Shown here one piece after another: positions 47,451 through 58,231 of a DNA stretch of 64,000 nt (positions are counted from its first letter, which is position 1; each line of letters opens with the position of its first letter). A program made the position numbers and the translations under genes. Below the pieces are notes generated by a model, which made no database searches, was not told the origin of the DNA, and worked only from the letters and a program-made list of their open reading frames with translations. Source of the stretch: Bacteroidales bacterium (GTDB taxonomy: Bacteria > Bacteroidota > Bacteroidia > Bacteroidales > FEN-979); assembly GCA_049317265.1 (NCBI GenBank), contig JBMOIP010000001.1:140685-204684 (forward strand), in the 5' to 3' direction.

Positions 47451-47645
47451 TAATTTAATTTCTGATTAACAAGCCAATTCCTTAAAAAAACAAATAAATC
47501 TTGGCGATCTGCAAGGATATTGATGGAGATCGCGGCTGAAGTGCAGGATTGGAAATAAATGCCCGTGCAAATTTACAATAAATTCCATGCCCTCCCCCGG
47601 AATAATAAATCAGCGACAGATTAGAAAAATGACCCGGATTTTGCG

Positions 47646-47653
47646 TAAGTTTG
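47646..47653 (+). promoter_or_regulatory. Candidate -7 box (TAAGTTTG) for giant paralog 1
   Basis: It lies 36 nt upstream of the ATG at 47689 and inside the ORF-track extension. This argues for 47689 as the start. Confidence 0.4.
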
Positions 47654-47688
47654 TAACATTATCAGCAATTTATAGTTTAAATAACAGG

Positions 47689-50600
47689 ATGAATTTTTAC
47701 AAGGACAGGTTAAGTGGAATATTCTGGAGAACACTGGCATTTTGTCTTCTGCTGCCGGGATTCTTTCTCCTGCCCTTGCATTTCTATGCCTTGACAATGC
47801 CTTTTTCCCCCGCTGTATTGCAGGGTATTGTTACAAACGGGGCAAATGGATTGCCGGTGGTGGGTGCAAAAATCTCCGTCAACGGAACTTTCACCTGGTC
47901 CACCTCGGGAGGAATATACACCATTGCCATCAATCCGGCCGGGACCTTCCAAGTTTCCTGTGTAAAGCCGGGGTTCGAAAACTATCTATCCGCACCGGTT
48001 GTTTTTCAGCCTGGTGGTACTTCGCTGTTAAATATCCAGTTATGGGAGAGCCTTAATCCTCCCGGCAATGTCAATGTTTCTCATGATACCGTTTCCCAGT
48101 CGGTTGCAGTCGCATGGAGTTCCCCGTCAGGCGCATATGAATTGCTGTATGACGATGGTTTGCCTGATAATTTCGCCCTCTGGACTACCCAGGGGAATAT
48201 GAATGCACTCAAATTTACTCCGGTTGGATTTCCGGTAAAACTTACGGGAGGAGCCATTCATATTGGTTCAGTCTCCAATTATCCCCCGGGAAGCAACCCC
48301 CTGACCCCTTTCCAGGTGAGGATTTACGATGCCGCCGGCGCCGGTGGTTCACCTGGAAACAGTATTGCAGGTCCGTTTAATGTGGTGCCGGCAGGCTTTG
48401 GGTGGGTTGAATTCACATTGCCTGCGCCGGTGTCCATCAGCAATGGCTCTTTCTATATCGTGATGGTCCAGGGGGGGAATGCGCCAAATGCATCAGGTAT
48501 AGCCGTCGACGAAACAAATCCGCAATACAGGAGCTATTCCAGGTTTGTCAGTGGGGGAGGTCCCTGGTATCCGGCCGGGGGTAATTTTATGATCAGGGCA
48601 AAATGTGAGGGTTCCGGAGGACCTGTCTTTCTCGCAGAGGATCCGGTCAATGCCGGTGTCAGCAACGTATACCGGCTGCGCCAGGGTGAGGAGCAGAATC
48701 CTTCAGCATGGACGCCTGTTGGAACGACCAATTCAACAATGATCACCGATACCAGCTGGTTTTCACTTCCCTGCGGACCTTACCGGTGGGGTGTGAAAGT
48801 GCAATATTCCGGCAATCGCTGGTCGCCTGTTGCCTTTTCAAACATCCTTGGTAAATGCTGGACCGCCCCTGTGAATATCCACCTCGATCTAAGTTGTGAC
48901 AGCGCTAAAAGAGAAGGAACCTCCCTTCGGCTTGTGAATGCTGCCTATCCCGACACTGCCTATGCAGCGGTTTTCGATACGGCGGGAAACATCACATTGC
49001 CGCATGTATGGAAAGGCACCTACCAGCTGACCATTGTAAAGTTCGGATTTGACTCAATTATTCAATCTGTCCCCGTGGTGGCGCCGGTTTCCCTGAACCT
49101 GGTTCTCCTGCAGGTGAAAATTGCGCCGGCAAACCTGGTGGTGAACGACAGCAGCCTGATGGCGAGGTGGGATGTTCCTCACTTTGAAAGTAACCTTTTC
49201 ACTGAAGATTGGGCCACAGGTTCCCTAACAGCCAATTCATGGACGATAGAAGGTGGTTCCAACTGGGCAATATCGACAGCGGTTGGCAATCCTTTTCCTT
49301 CTGTCATGTTCGGAACAACCCCGGCGCAATCAAATTATTCACAGTTTTTAACCAGTAAAACGATTTCGGGGCAGCACTCCACCCTGCTGAAACTCAGGTA
49401 CGATATTTTCCTCGACAATTATGGCACCACCACCCTGAACCAGATGGCGGTGGAGATCTGGGACGGATCTGTGTGGCATACCCTTGAAAATCACACAAGT
49501 TCCGGCGGAGATATTCCATGGACCAGTGCAGATATCGACATTTCCGGGTATACCGCGATGGATTTTAAAATCCGGTTCCATGCTTTTGGAGGCGATACAA
49601 GGGATATCAACAACTGGAACATCGACAACATTGAAGTGGTCGCTTCTGAACCTGCTCAGGAACAGGCTGATTGCATCCTCGGATACTATTTCTATCTTGG
49701 GAATGTGATCAGCGGGTACACCACCAAGAATGCTTACCCGATTCCAGGGAACCAGGTCCAGTTCGGACAGACCTATACCGCCTGCGTCAGGGCCCTGTAT
49801 GGCAGCGGGTATTCCGATTCTGTCTGCACAACTTTCACCTCCGGGTTCCTCTACCCGGTAAGGAACCTCCATGGATATCCCATTGAAAATGCCGCTTTTA
49901 TAGCCTGGGAGAAACCCCAGGAAGCTACAGATTCCACCCTGGGAGTCCCTCCCGGGCTTACCGGGTATACCATCACACGTGGCGACAGTGTAATAGCCAC
50001 CGTCAGCAACCCCGACTCATTGACTTTCTACGATTTCGGACTTGAGCCCGGTTATTACACGTATGGTGTAGCTGCAAACTATGACCTGACCAGTTATGGT
50101 TTTCCGGGGCAGTCAGGTCAAAGCATACCAGCCGGCCCGTTGCACCTTACCATCAACTGGGGAAGACAGCTTCCCTTTTATGAATCCTGGGATGCCGGGG
50201 TGTTTTCATTCAACGAATGGAGGTTTACACCTTCACAGGGAAACTGGATTATCGATCCCAACGAAGGACTTCCGTCGCCGGCTGCAAATTTCCGGTGGCA
50301 ACCCCCTGTGGTTGATTATGACTATGCCCTCGAAAGTCCTCCTTTCAACGGGTTGCCTTTTAATTGTGCTGCCATCTGGCTGGATTTCGACCTGAAACTC
50401 AACGACCGTAACTATACCGGAACAGAAAAAATGTTCGTCGAAGCTTATTACAACAATGCCTGGCATAAAAAGGCTGAAATCAAAAATACCGGCAGCATTC
50501 CCTGGACAAACTACCATATCGACATCAGTTCCGCGCGAGGGAAGGGATTCAGGGTGCGATTCAGGGCCTCTGGACAGAATTCATCTGAAATCCTCAACTG

Positions 50601-51669
50601 GTTTATCGATAATGTCAGCATCTATCCGGTATGCTATCCTGCAGCTGACCTTGAGGGAGCGCCGGTTGGCAGCGAAATCCACCTGACCTGGAGTCCTCCC
50701 GCATGTTATGGGGGAAATATTTTAAACGAGGGATTTGAAGGGATCTTTTTCCCCCCGGCACAATGGACAAAACAAACGGCCAATCCATCAGCCACATGGT
50801 CGCATTCCACAGTCAATTCTCTTACGGGGGTTCATCACGGAGACTATTCGGCCGGGGTGAACTGGGACTATAATCACCAGGATGAGTGGCTTATCGCCAA
50901 TAATATCTATGTAAATGGCGATCTTACCTTCTGGAGTTATACCTACCAGGGATCACTCCACCTGGATCACTATTATTTAAAAGTATCGGCCGACCAGGGA
51001 AACACATGGGATATAATGATGGATATGTCTGCACTTCCTCCATATCCCGGGCCATCGGGAATAAACGCATGGATCACGCCGTATCACGTCGATCTCTCCA
51101 TGTACGATGGCGAAACAATTGATATCGCATGGCATGCAGTTGATGGAGACGGAAACGGGCTGTGGTATCCATGGGCGATTGACGATTGTTCGATTGGTGC
51201 CGATGATCACCGTCAAACAATCCTGGGATATGATGTATACAGGAAAAACCCCGGAGCTAATTTCTACGGAAAAATAAATACAACACCGGTTACAGACACC
51301 GCCTGGACAGACAGTGGACTTCCGCTGGGACAATACAGGTATTTCGTTCAGGCACAGTTTGCAGAGTGTGTCAACTCTTCAAATTCTGATACAGTATTGG
51401 TTGACCTCGTTACAGGAACCGGAAGCTTCATGGAGCATAAAATGATGGTTTACCCCAATCCGGTTACCGACCATTTTACCATAGAAAGCGCAGCAGATAT
51501 ACTGGAAGTCAGCCTGTTCACCGCCGACGGAAAAATTGCCGGAAACTGGTCACCCGCAGGCACCCGCAAAATAACCATTGAAGCAACCTCATTGCATTCC
51601 GGTTTATATTTGCTCATGATCCGTAACCGGGCAGAGACAAGATTCCTGAAAATCAATGTAATTAAATAA
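47689..51669 (+). CDS. Giant T9SS cargo protein, paralog 1 (1326 aa): CarboxypepD_reg-like, beta-sandwich, FN3-like and MAM/choice-of-anchor-J-like modules, with a T9SS CTD
   Basis: A hydrophobic N-terminus is followed by GIVTNGANGLPVVGAKISVNG. Modules shared with paralogs 2 and 3 include YDDGLPDNFALW and FYESWDAGVFSFNEWRF...WLDFDLKLNDRNYTGTEKMFVEAYYNNAWH...FRVRFRASG. The C-terminus MVYPNPVTDHFTIES...GLYLLMIRNRAETRFLKINVIK is a T9SS type-A CTD. Confidence 0.75.
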   Translation: MNFYKDRLSGIFWRTLAFCLLLPGFFLLPLHFYALTMPFSPAVLQGIVTNGANGLPVVGAKISVNGTFTWSTSGGIYTIAINPAGTFQVSCVKPGFENYLSAPVVFQPGGTSLLNIQLWESLNPPGNVNVSHDTVSQSVAVAWSSPSGAYELLYDDGLPDNFALWTTQGNMNALKFTPVGFPVKLTGGAIHIGSVSNYPPGSNPLTPFQVRIYDAAGAGGSPGNSIAGPFNVVPAGFGWVEFTLPAPVSISNGSFYIVMVQGGNAPNASGIAVDETNPQYRSYSRFVSGGGPWYPAGGNFMIRAKCEGSGGPVFLAEDPVNAGVSNVYRLRQGEEQNPSAWTPVGTTNSTMITDTSWFSLPCGPYRWGVKVQYSGNRWSPVAFSNILGKCWTAPVNIHLDLSCDSAKREGTSLRLVNAAYPDTAYAAVFDTAGNITLPHVWKGTYQLTIVKFGFDSIIQSVPVVAPVSLNLVLLQVKIAPANLVVNDSSLMARWDVPHFESNLFTEDWATGSLTANSWTIEGGSNWAISTAVGNPFPSVMFGTTPAQSNYSQFLTSKTISGQHSTLLKLRYDIFLDNYGTTTLNQMAVEIWDGSVWHTLENHTSSGGDIPWTSADIDISGYTAMDFKIRFHAFGGDTRDINNWNIDNIEVVASEPAQEQADCILGYYFYLGNVISGYTTKNAYPIPGNQVQFGQTYTACVRALYGSGYSDSVCTTFTSGFLYPVRNLHGYPIENAAFIAWEKPQEATDSTLGVPPGLTGYTITRGDSVIATVSNPDSLTFYDFGLEPGYYTYGVAANYDLTSYGFPGQSGQSIPAGPLHLTINWGRQLPFYESWDAGVFSFNEWRFTPSQGNWIIDPNEGLPSPAANFRWQPPVVDYDYALESPPFNGLPFNCAAIWLDFDLKLNDRNYTGTEKMFVEAYYNNAWHKKAEIKNTGSIPWTNYHIDISSARGKGFRVRFRASGQNSSEILNWFIDNVSIYPVCYPAADLEGAPVGSEIHLTWSPPACYGGNILNEGFEGIFFPPAQWTKQTANPSATWSHSTVNSLTGVHHGDYSAGVNWDYNHQDEWLIANNIYVNGDLTFWSYTYQGSLHLDHYYLKVSADQGNTWDIMMDMSALPPYPGPSGINAWITPYHVDLSMYDGETIDIAWHAVDGDGNGLWYPWAIDDCSIGADDHRQTILGYDVYRKNPGANFYGKINTTPVTDTAWTDSGLPLGQYRYFVQAQFAECVNSSNSDTVLVDLVTGTGSFMEHKMMVYPNPVTDHFTIESAADILEVSLFTADGKIAGNWSPAGTRKITIEATSLHSGLYLLMIRNRAETRFLKINVIK

Positions 51670-51837
51670 ATATTCAGCGCAGTGTATTCATTTACCAAAA
51701 TAATTGTACCTTGCGAACTTATTCAAATAATTTTAAAGTGCTGATTTGCAATTTTTTTCCCTCTATATATATCAATAGAAATATTGGTACCCTTATATTT
51801 TCATTATTCAATAATTATTAACCTAAAATTTTAAACT

Positions 51838-54800
51838 ATGAAAAATGTTACCAAAACGCTGAAAATGTTGGCACTGCTTACAGTGTCGATGTTTGTCTTC
51901 GTTTCTTTTGGGTTTGCACAGCAGACGATGCTGTTGACCGAAAGCTTCGAGACAGGTAGCGGAACAACTCCTCCGGCCGGATGGGCGCTGGAACAGGTTA
52001 CAGGAACCACACTTGGTGTGAATTTCGTGACCACCAGTACCAATCCTACGATTTCGGCTGCTTATGATGGTGTGAGATTCGTCCAGTACGCCTCATATAA
52101 CATCAGCAGTGGCTCAACCCGTATGAAGAGGACTGCTGCAGTCTCCACCACAAACAAATCCTTTATCATGGTTGACTTTGTCTGGTATGAAGATCCAGGC
52201 TACACAGCCAATGCTGATAAAGTTGATGTACAGTGGTCTACCAACGGTACCACCTGGAACACAGCTGCTACTTTCAACCGCTACAATGCTGTAGCCGGAT
52301 GGAAAGCCAAAAATGTTGTTCTTCCTACCGGTGCCAACAACCAGGCTACTCTTTATGTTGCCTTCCTGTACACTTCAGCTTATGGCAATAACTGCGCAAT
52401 GGATCTGGTACATGTTACCGCCGGTCCTGCCGCACCTCCTGCCTTTGCTACCATTGGTACCGGAACCGTTTCTTCAAATTACCCGTATACCACTTACTGG
52501 ATGGGCGGAAGAACCCAGATGCTTTACACAGCCGCTGAATTAACAGCTGCAGGTGCATCAGCAGGGAACCTCTCTTCTGTAGGATTCAATGTAATCGGCA
52601 ACTCTACCCAGGTTATGAATGGTTTCAATGTGAAATTAGGCGCTACCGCCCTTACCACATTGTCTGCCGGCTATGTTGCTGGTCTCACATCCTATTATAC
52701 CACTCCTTATTCCGTTCCCGGAACCGGTTGGCAGAATATCACCCTGACCACCCCGTTTATCTGGAATGGCACCTCAAATGTAATTGTTGAAATTTGCTAT
52801 GCAAATACCAGTTATACCAACTATTCAACCGTAAATTCAACTACTCTTGCAGGAATGACCGCTGGTCACTATGCTGACCTCCAAACAGAATGCACTGTTG
52901 CAACAAACAATGCTCCGACTTCACGTCCGAACATTCGTTTTGGCATTCCCCCGATCAACCCTGGTGTTTTGATGGGTTATGTAAGGGATGTTAACACACT
53001 TGCCCCGATCGCCGGAGCAATTGTACGTATTGGCTCTTTACAGGATACTTCCCGTGCCAATGGAATGTACATCATCTATAACCTCAATGCAGGTTCTGTT
53101 ACTGCCAACGCTACTGCTACCGGCTATATCGCAGGTTCCGGCACAGCCACCATCGTTACCGGTGTAGTCACCAATCTTGATCTTCTTTTGGCTCCGGGCC
53201 CGAAGGTTGGTGGTATTGTTACCGATGCTTCAACAGGTTTACCAATTGTTGGTGCAACGATTACCGTTGGAACAGGCGCCAGTGCTGTAACCACGCTCTC
53301 AATTACAGGTGGTACCTATCTTACCCCGCTGCTCTCCCTCTCAGGTAGTCAGCCAATTATTATAGGAAAAACAGGTTATGATGACTGTTTGAACACCGTA
53401 ACCCTGGTTCCGAATACAACCGCTACCGTGAGTTGCGCTTTGTTACCCACCGCGGTTCAGCCAGGTCCTTTTACAGCTGTCCTGAATAATCCTACAACCC
53501 CTACTGCTGTTAACCTTAACTGGGGAGTTCCCCAGGGTGGATACCAGGTTATTTATGATGATGGTACTCAGGAAAATTTTGCTATCTGGGCCACCGCCAA
53601 TAACCTCAACGCACAGAAATTCACTCCGCTGAACTGGCCTGTGAAATTAGTAGGTGGTAAAGTGAACCTCGGAACTGCTGCAAATTATCCTGCAAATGCA
53701 CTTCCGCTTGCCAAGTTCAAAATGATGGCTTACAAAGCCGATGGCGCTGGTGGATTACCAGGTACCATTATCGACAGCGTTGAAGTTACTCCTACCGGAT
53801 TCGGCTGGGCTGATTTTACATTTGCTGCTCCTATCAATATCACTGCCGGTGACTTCTACCTGGTGATGAAACAAGGCGGAATTCCTCCTCACGCAGCCGG
53901 AATTGGTGTTGACTTAACCAATACCCAGCTCCGCAGCTATTCTAAATTTGTAACCGGTGGAGCTCCCTGGATTCCTGCCGCAGGTAACTTTATGATGCGT
54001 GCCATCATGCTGGGTACCGGTGGTCCGATGTTGTCTGACAATCCTTCAGCTAACAAGGAACTCATCACTGCTGGTGCAGTAAACGGCCTCATTTATGAAT
54101 CTCCTGTTGCTACTGTTACAGGTCATGAAGGTGTTGCTGATTACTCCCCATTATCCATGTCATACCAGGTATGGCGCCTCCTGCAGGGTCAGGAAGGAAA
54201 CCAGGCTCTCTGGACTTCCATCTGGACCGGCAGCGTTAACACAACTGTTGACAATGGCTGGCCTACATTACCGAACGGTGCATATCGTTGGGCTGTAAAA
54301 GCAATCTATTCTCCTCCGGGACAACGTCCTTCCGCACCGACATTCTCGAATGTTATCGGTAAAGGCTGGATTGCCAATGTAAATGTTTGTGTTGGTCTTA
54401 CCTGTACTGCAAATCCAAAAGCCGGTACCATTGTAAAACTGACCAATTCGGTTTACACGGATACCAACTATACAAAGACAACTGATACTGCTGGCTGTGT
54501 TCATTTTACCGGTGTTTGGAAAGGTACTTATGTGATGACCATTACCCGTTTCACATATCCTGTTTACACCCAGAACATCACCATCATGGGCGATGCCAGC
54601 TACAATGTAACTTTGTTACAGGATGCAGCTCCTCCCACAAACCTGGTTGTAAACGATCAGAGCCTCCATGCATCATGGAGTCCTCCAAGAGCAATGGTTT
54701 ATCAGCTTGATGAATCATTCGCAACTGGTTTTGCTACCAACGGATGGGTTGTTTCCGGCGGAACCAACTGGCAAATGTCTGCCGGTACAGGTAATCCTGC

Positions 54801-57800
54801 CCCTTCAGCTTTCTTTAACTGGACCCCACAGGTACAGGCTTACGATCAGTATCTGACCAGTAAATCTCTTGCCGGTGTTCATGCACCCCAGATGAAATTC
54901 AAATATGACATCTTCCTTGATAACTATGGTACAACCAACCTGAACACCATGGCGGTTGAACTTTGGAACGGAACCACATGGTCCGTCTTGAAGACCTATG
55001 ATAACTCAAGCGGTGCCAACATTCCCTGGACTTCTGAAACCATTGATATCTCTGCTCAAACCCACAACCCCGCTTTCAAGGTTCGTTTCCATGCAGCCGG
55101 TGTGAATTCTGTGGATATTGACGGATGGTATATTGACAATGTGAAAATCGTTAGTTCAGATGGATCAACCGGTCCGAATCCTTGCGTGATTGGTTACAAC
55201 TTCTACCTCAACGGAACTCAGAGTGCTTTCACACCTGATACCACTTATAACATTCCGCCGAACCAGGTGGTTTATGGCCAGACATACCAGGCTTGCGTAA
55301 AAGCAGTTTATGGTAGCGGTTACAGCCCACAGATCTGCGTGACCTTCACTGCTCATTACCTCTATCCTGCACGTGACCTCACAGCAACCGGTGTTGAATG
55401 TAATACTTACTTAACCTGGAAAAAACCTGTTACCGTAGGCGATGCTCCGGTTATTCCTATGTTTGACGGAGTTGTTGAACATTCACAATCAGTATCAGGT
55501 CTTGCTCCTAAAAACGCTGCAGCCGTTGTCAGTTCACTGCCAACAGATGCGCCTTTAGGTTCAAACGCTTTTGGTATCGATGCATCAACCCATTTCACCA
55601 TCAATTTTGATGTGAACAACGTTGGTGGCAAGGTGAATATTGCTGCTACTCCCAACGCAACTGATTTCTGGCACGATCTTGAAATGCCGGCCAATCAGGT
55701 TGACTTTGCTTATGCCATCAGAGATGGAAGCGACCACCTCTTCAAGGTGATCAGGGCAACTGGCGCCTTTACCGATCTTGGCAGCATGGGCAACGGAACA
55801 ACCGACCAGATGCTTGACCTCGCAATCGATGGCAGCAATGGCGACATCTATGGTGTCTCTTCTGCTTCTTTGACGACTGATAAACTCTGGAAGATCAATC
55901 CTGCAGTTCCAAGCGCCACACTTGTTGGTCCTTGCGTTAACTCAGCTGGTATGATCAGTATGGCCGGTGATGCTCTTGGTAACCTCTATGGATATGACCT
56001 CGTAAACGACAGGTTCTATTCAATCAACAAAACCACAGGTCTTGCTACTGTTGTTGGTCCTCTCGGATTCGACGCTAACTACGGTCAGTGCATGTTCTAT
56101 GATCAGGCCGTTAATACCGTTACGATGGGCGCTTACAACAATACTGCTGGTCAGGGTCAAATCCGGGCCGTTGATGTCACCACAGGTGCTTCAACTGTAT
56201 TAAGCAGTACAGCCGATCAGATTTCAGGCGCAACTCTTCCTGTTACCACCTCTGGTGGCGGCGGCGGTGCAACACCTGATGGACTCATTGGTTACAACAT
56301 CTATCGTGATGGAACCTTTATCCACAGGAATCCACACCAGGATTCAATTACTTATTATGACTACGGACGCGATCCGGGTACATACAAATATGATGTTAAG
56401 GCCAGGTATGACCTTACCACCTACGGTTTCCCAGGACAGTTTGGTGAATCACTTACCAACACTGCCGGCGAACAGACTGTAACCCTGAATTGCGGCGCTC
56501 CGCTGCCATTCTACGAACCTTGGGATCTTGGAACATTCTTATTCCAGAGCTGGGCACCAACAGGACATTGGACCATGAATACCGGTATCGGTAATCCTGC
56601 TCCTTGTGCCGACTTTGTATGGTCACCTGCTATTGCCAACTATTCACAAGCCCTTACAAGCGAAGTTATCGACGCTTCTCCATGGACCTGTGCTTCTATC
56701 TGGCTTGATTTCGATCTGAAACTTATCGACCGTAACAACACCGGTAAGGAAAAACTGACGATCGACTTATACTATAACAACTCATGGCACCAGAAGCTGG
56801 AAGTTACCAACAACGGTTCCACCAACTGGGTTTCCAAACATATTGACATCAGCTCGGTGAAGGGAAAATCATTCCGTATCCGTTTTGTTGCCAATGGTAT
56901 TAACTCAGCCGACCTTCTCCACTGGTATGTTGACAATATTCATGCTTATGGAATTTGTAAAGCACCTGCAGCTCTTCACGCTGTACAGTCACACTTTACA
57001 ACTACCCTTACCTGGACTGCCCCGAATTGCGGAAGCGGTACATCAGGTCAGATCATGAACTTCCTGTTTGATGATGGTACAGCCGAATCCGGAGTTACCG
57101 ACAATGGCGAAGTTGCCTGGTTGGGTACCGAATTCCCGATATCTGCAGCTTATGACGGAGTTTTGAAGCAATTCAAAATGTACTGGATGGCAAATGCCAC
57201 CGGCGCTCCTTTCACCATGCAGGTTGATGTTTACAGTGCTGCTCATGTCCTCCTTGGATCCAGTGCATCATTCCAGCCATCAAGTGATGATTGGGTAACT
57301 GTAACTGCTCCTGATATTCCTTTCGCAGGTCCATTCTTTGCCATGGTTAAGTTTAACAACAATCCTACGGCAACCAACTATTTTGGTTGGGATAATGACG
57401 GACCCAATGCAGGCCTTGACCTTGGCTGGTACAGGGATAATGCTGGCGTATGGGCAAAACTGAGCACCTTCGGACTCGGTATCGGAACTGGTTGTTTCGT
57501 TATCCAGGCACAGGCACTTGTTGGTGCTGACCTGAAGGAAGTAACCCTCGTTCCTGGTGCAGTTTCTGCTCCTGGTGCAACGGTTCCTGCCAACCATCTG
57601 TCGAAAACAAACCGTACAGCCGATACCCATTTCTATGGTGTTATGGGCATCGAAACGGATGCTGCTGACAGCAGTACCCTTTCAGGTTACAATGTTTATC
57701 GTACAGCTTCAACCGGTGTTGCTCCTTACGCGCTGCTGAATGCCAGCCCTGTAACTGCTGCAACTTATGTTGATACCTATCCTTCTACACTGCAGAGTGG

Positions 57801-58158
57801 AATCTTTAAGTACTATGTAACTTCATTGTACAAGAATTCTGCAAACAATGCACTGCTTTGTGAAGCTTCTTCTGATACAATCACTGTTACTTTCCCTGCT
57901 TTAGGTGTAAATGACCTGACCAATGGCCAGATCATGGTTTACCCAAATCCTGCGACTGAAATCGTGAATGTAAAGAGCGATTACACCATCACCAATGTTG
58001 ATGTGCTGAACTTTGTAGGTCAAACGGTTTATACCAGCAGAAATGTTGATGCCAAAACCGCGAAACTCAATGTTTCAACATTAACCGCAGGCGTATACTT
58101 CGTAAAGGTTTCTACCACCGAAGGCATCCGTACGGTTAAGATCACGGTGACACACTAA
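51838..58158 (+). CDS. Giant T9SS cargo protein, paralog 2 (2106 aa)
   Basis: The signal peptide is MKNVTKTLKMLALLTVSMFVFVSFGFAQ. An N-terminal LLTESFETGSGTTPPAGW module (cleaved-adhesin / choice-of-anchor-J style) is followed by two CarboxypepD_reg-like modules, several GYN[FIV]Y FN3-like modules and a beta-propeller-like cassette. The C-terminus is a T9SS CTD (MVYPNPATEIVNVKS...GVYFVKVSTTEGIRTVKITVTH). Confidence 0.8.
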   Translation: MKNVTKTLKMLALLTVSMFVFVSFGFAQQTMLLTESFETGSGTTPPAGWALEQVTGTTLGVNFVTTSTNPTISAAYDGVRFVQYASYNISSGSTRMKRTAAVSTTNKSFIMVDFVWYEDPGYTANADKVDVQWSTNGTTWNTAATFNRYNAVAGWKAKNVVLPTGANNQATLYVAFLYTSAYGNNCAMDLVHVTAGPAAPPAFATIGTGTVSSNYPYTTYWMGGRTQMLYTAAELTAAGASAGNLSSVGFNVIGNSTQVMNGFNVKLGATALTTLSAGYVAGLTSYYTTPYSVPGTGWQNITLTTPFIWNGTSNVIVEICYANTSYTNYSTVNSTTLAGMTAGHYADLQTECTVATNNAPTSRPNIRFGIPPINPGVLMGYVRDVNTLAPIAGAIVRIGSLQDTSRANGMYIIYNLNAGSVTANATATGYIAGSGTATIVTGVVTNLDLLLAPGPKVGGIVTDASTGLPIVGATITVGTGASAVTTLSITGGTYLTPLLSLSGSQPIIIGKTGYDDCLNTVTLVPNTTATVSCALLPTAVQPGPFTAVLNNPTTPTAVNLNWGVPQGGYQVIYDDGTQENFAIWATANNLNAQKFTPLNWPVKLVGGKVNLGTAANYPANALPLAKFKMMAYKADGAGGLPGTIIDSVEVTPTGFGWADFTFAAPINITAGDFYLVMKQGGIPPHAAGIGVDLTNTQLRSYSKFVTGGAPWIPAAGNFMMRAIMLGTGGPMLSDNPSANKELITAGAVNGLIYESPVATVTGHEGVADYSPLSMSYQVWRLLQGQEGNQALWTSIWTGSVNTTVDNGWPTLPNGAYRWAVKAIYSPPGQRPSAPTFSNVIGKGWIANVNVCVGLTCTANPKAGTIVKLTNSVYTDTNYTKTTDTAGCVHFTGVWKGTYVMTITRFTYPVYTQNITIMGDASYNVTLLQDAAPPTNLVVNDQSLHASWSPPRAMVYQLDESFATGFATNGWVVSGGTNWQMSAGTGNPAPSAFFNWTPQVQAYDQYLTSKSLAGVHAPQMKFKYDIFLDNYGTTNLNTMAVELWNGTTWSVLKTYDNSSGANIPWTSETIDISAQTHNPAFKVRFHAAGVNSVDIDGWYIDNVKIVSSDGSTGPNPCVIGYNFYLNGTQSAFTPDTTYNIPPNQVVYGQTYQACVKAVYGSGYSPQICVTFTAHYLYPARDLTATGVECNTYLTWKKPVTVGDAPVIPMFDGVVEHSQSVSGLAPKNAAAVVSSLPTDAPLGSNAFGIDASTHFTINFDVNNVGGKVNIAATPNATDFWHDLEMPANQVDFAYAIRDGSDHLFKVIRATGAFTDLGSMGNGTTDQMLDLAIDGSNGDIYGVSSASLTTDKLWKINPAVPSATLVGPCVNSAGMISMAGDALGNLYGYDLVNDRFYSINKTTGLATVVGPLGFDANYGQCMFYDQAVNTVTMGAYNNTAGQGQIRAVDVTTGASTVLSSTADQISGATLPVTTSGGGGGATPDGLIGYNIYRDGTFIHRNPHQDSITYYDYGRDPGTYKYDVKARYDLTTYGFPGQFGESLTNTAGEQTVTLNCGAPLPFYEPWDLGTFLFQSWAPTGHWTMNTGIGNPAPCADFVWSPAIANYSQALTSEVIDASPWTCASIWLDFDLKLIDRNNTGKEKLTIDLYYNNSWHQKLEVTNNGSTNWVSKHIDISSVKGKSFRIRFVANGINSADLLHWYVDNIHAYGICKAPAALHAVQSHFTTTLTWTAPNCGSGTSGQIMNFLFDDGTAESGVTDNGEVAWLGTEFPISAAYDGVLKQFKMYWMANATGAPFTMQVDVYSAAHVLLGSSASFQPSSDDWVTVTAPDIPFAGPFFAMVKFNNNPTATNYFGWDNDGPNAGLDLGWYRDNAGVWAKLSTFGLGIGTGCFVIQAQALVGADLKEVTLVPGAVSAPGATVPANHLSKTNRTADTHFYGVMGIETDAADSSTLSGYNVYRTASTGVAPYALLNASPVTAATYVDTYPSTLQSGIFKYYVTSLYKNSANNALLCEASSDTITVTFPALGVNDLTNGQIMVYPNPATEIVNVKSDYTITNVDVLNFVGQTVYTSRNVDAKTAKLNVSTLTAGVYFVKVSTTEGIRTVKITVTH

Positions 58159-58165
58159 TAACGTA

Positions 58166-58186
58166 GGGCGGCCGCAATGGCCGCCC
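58166..58186 (+). terminator. GC hairpin directly after paralog 2
   Basis: GGGCGGCC-gcaat-GGCCGCCC, 8 nt after the stop codon. Confidence 0.45.
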
Positions 58187-58198
58187 ATACAAACCCTA

Positions 58199-58231
58199 AA
58201 AGGGCCGGCCATTCGCCGGCCCTTTTTTTTT
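58199..58231 (+). terminator. Classic rho-independent terminator after paralog 2
   Basis: AGGGCCGGC-cattc-GCCGGCCCT forms a 9-bp stem followed by a T9 run. Confidence 0.8.

Noticed and set aside
47587-47688. ORF-track upstream starts for paralog 1 (47587), the beta-helix protein (20622), gdhA (5579) and the sulfotransferase (37312)
   Set aside because: For paralog 1 and the beta-helix protein, the extension spans a consensus -7 promoter box and precedes the signal peptide. For gdhA, the sulfotransferase and the rubrerythrin-like protein (16273), the extension precedes the conserved N-terminus or signal sequence, and an internal Met gives a family-typical length.
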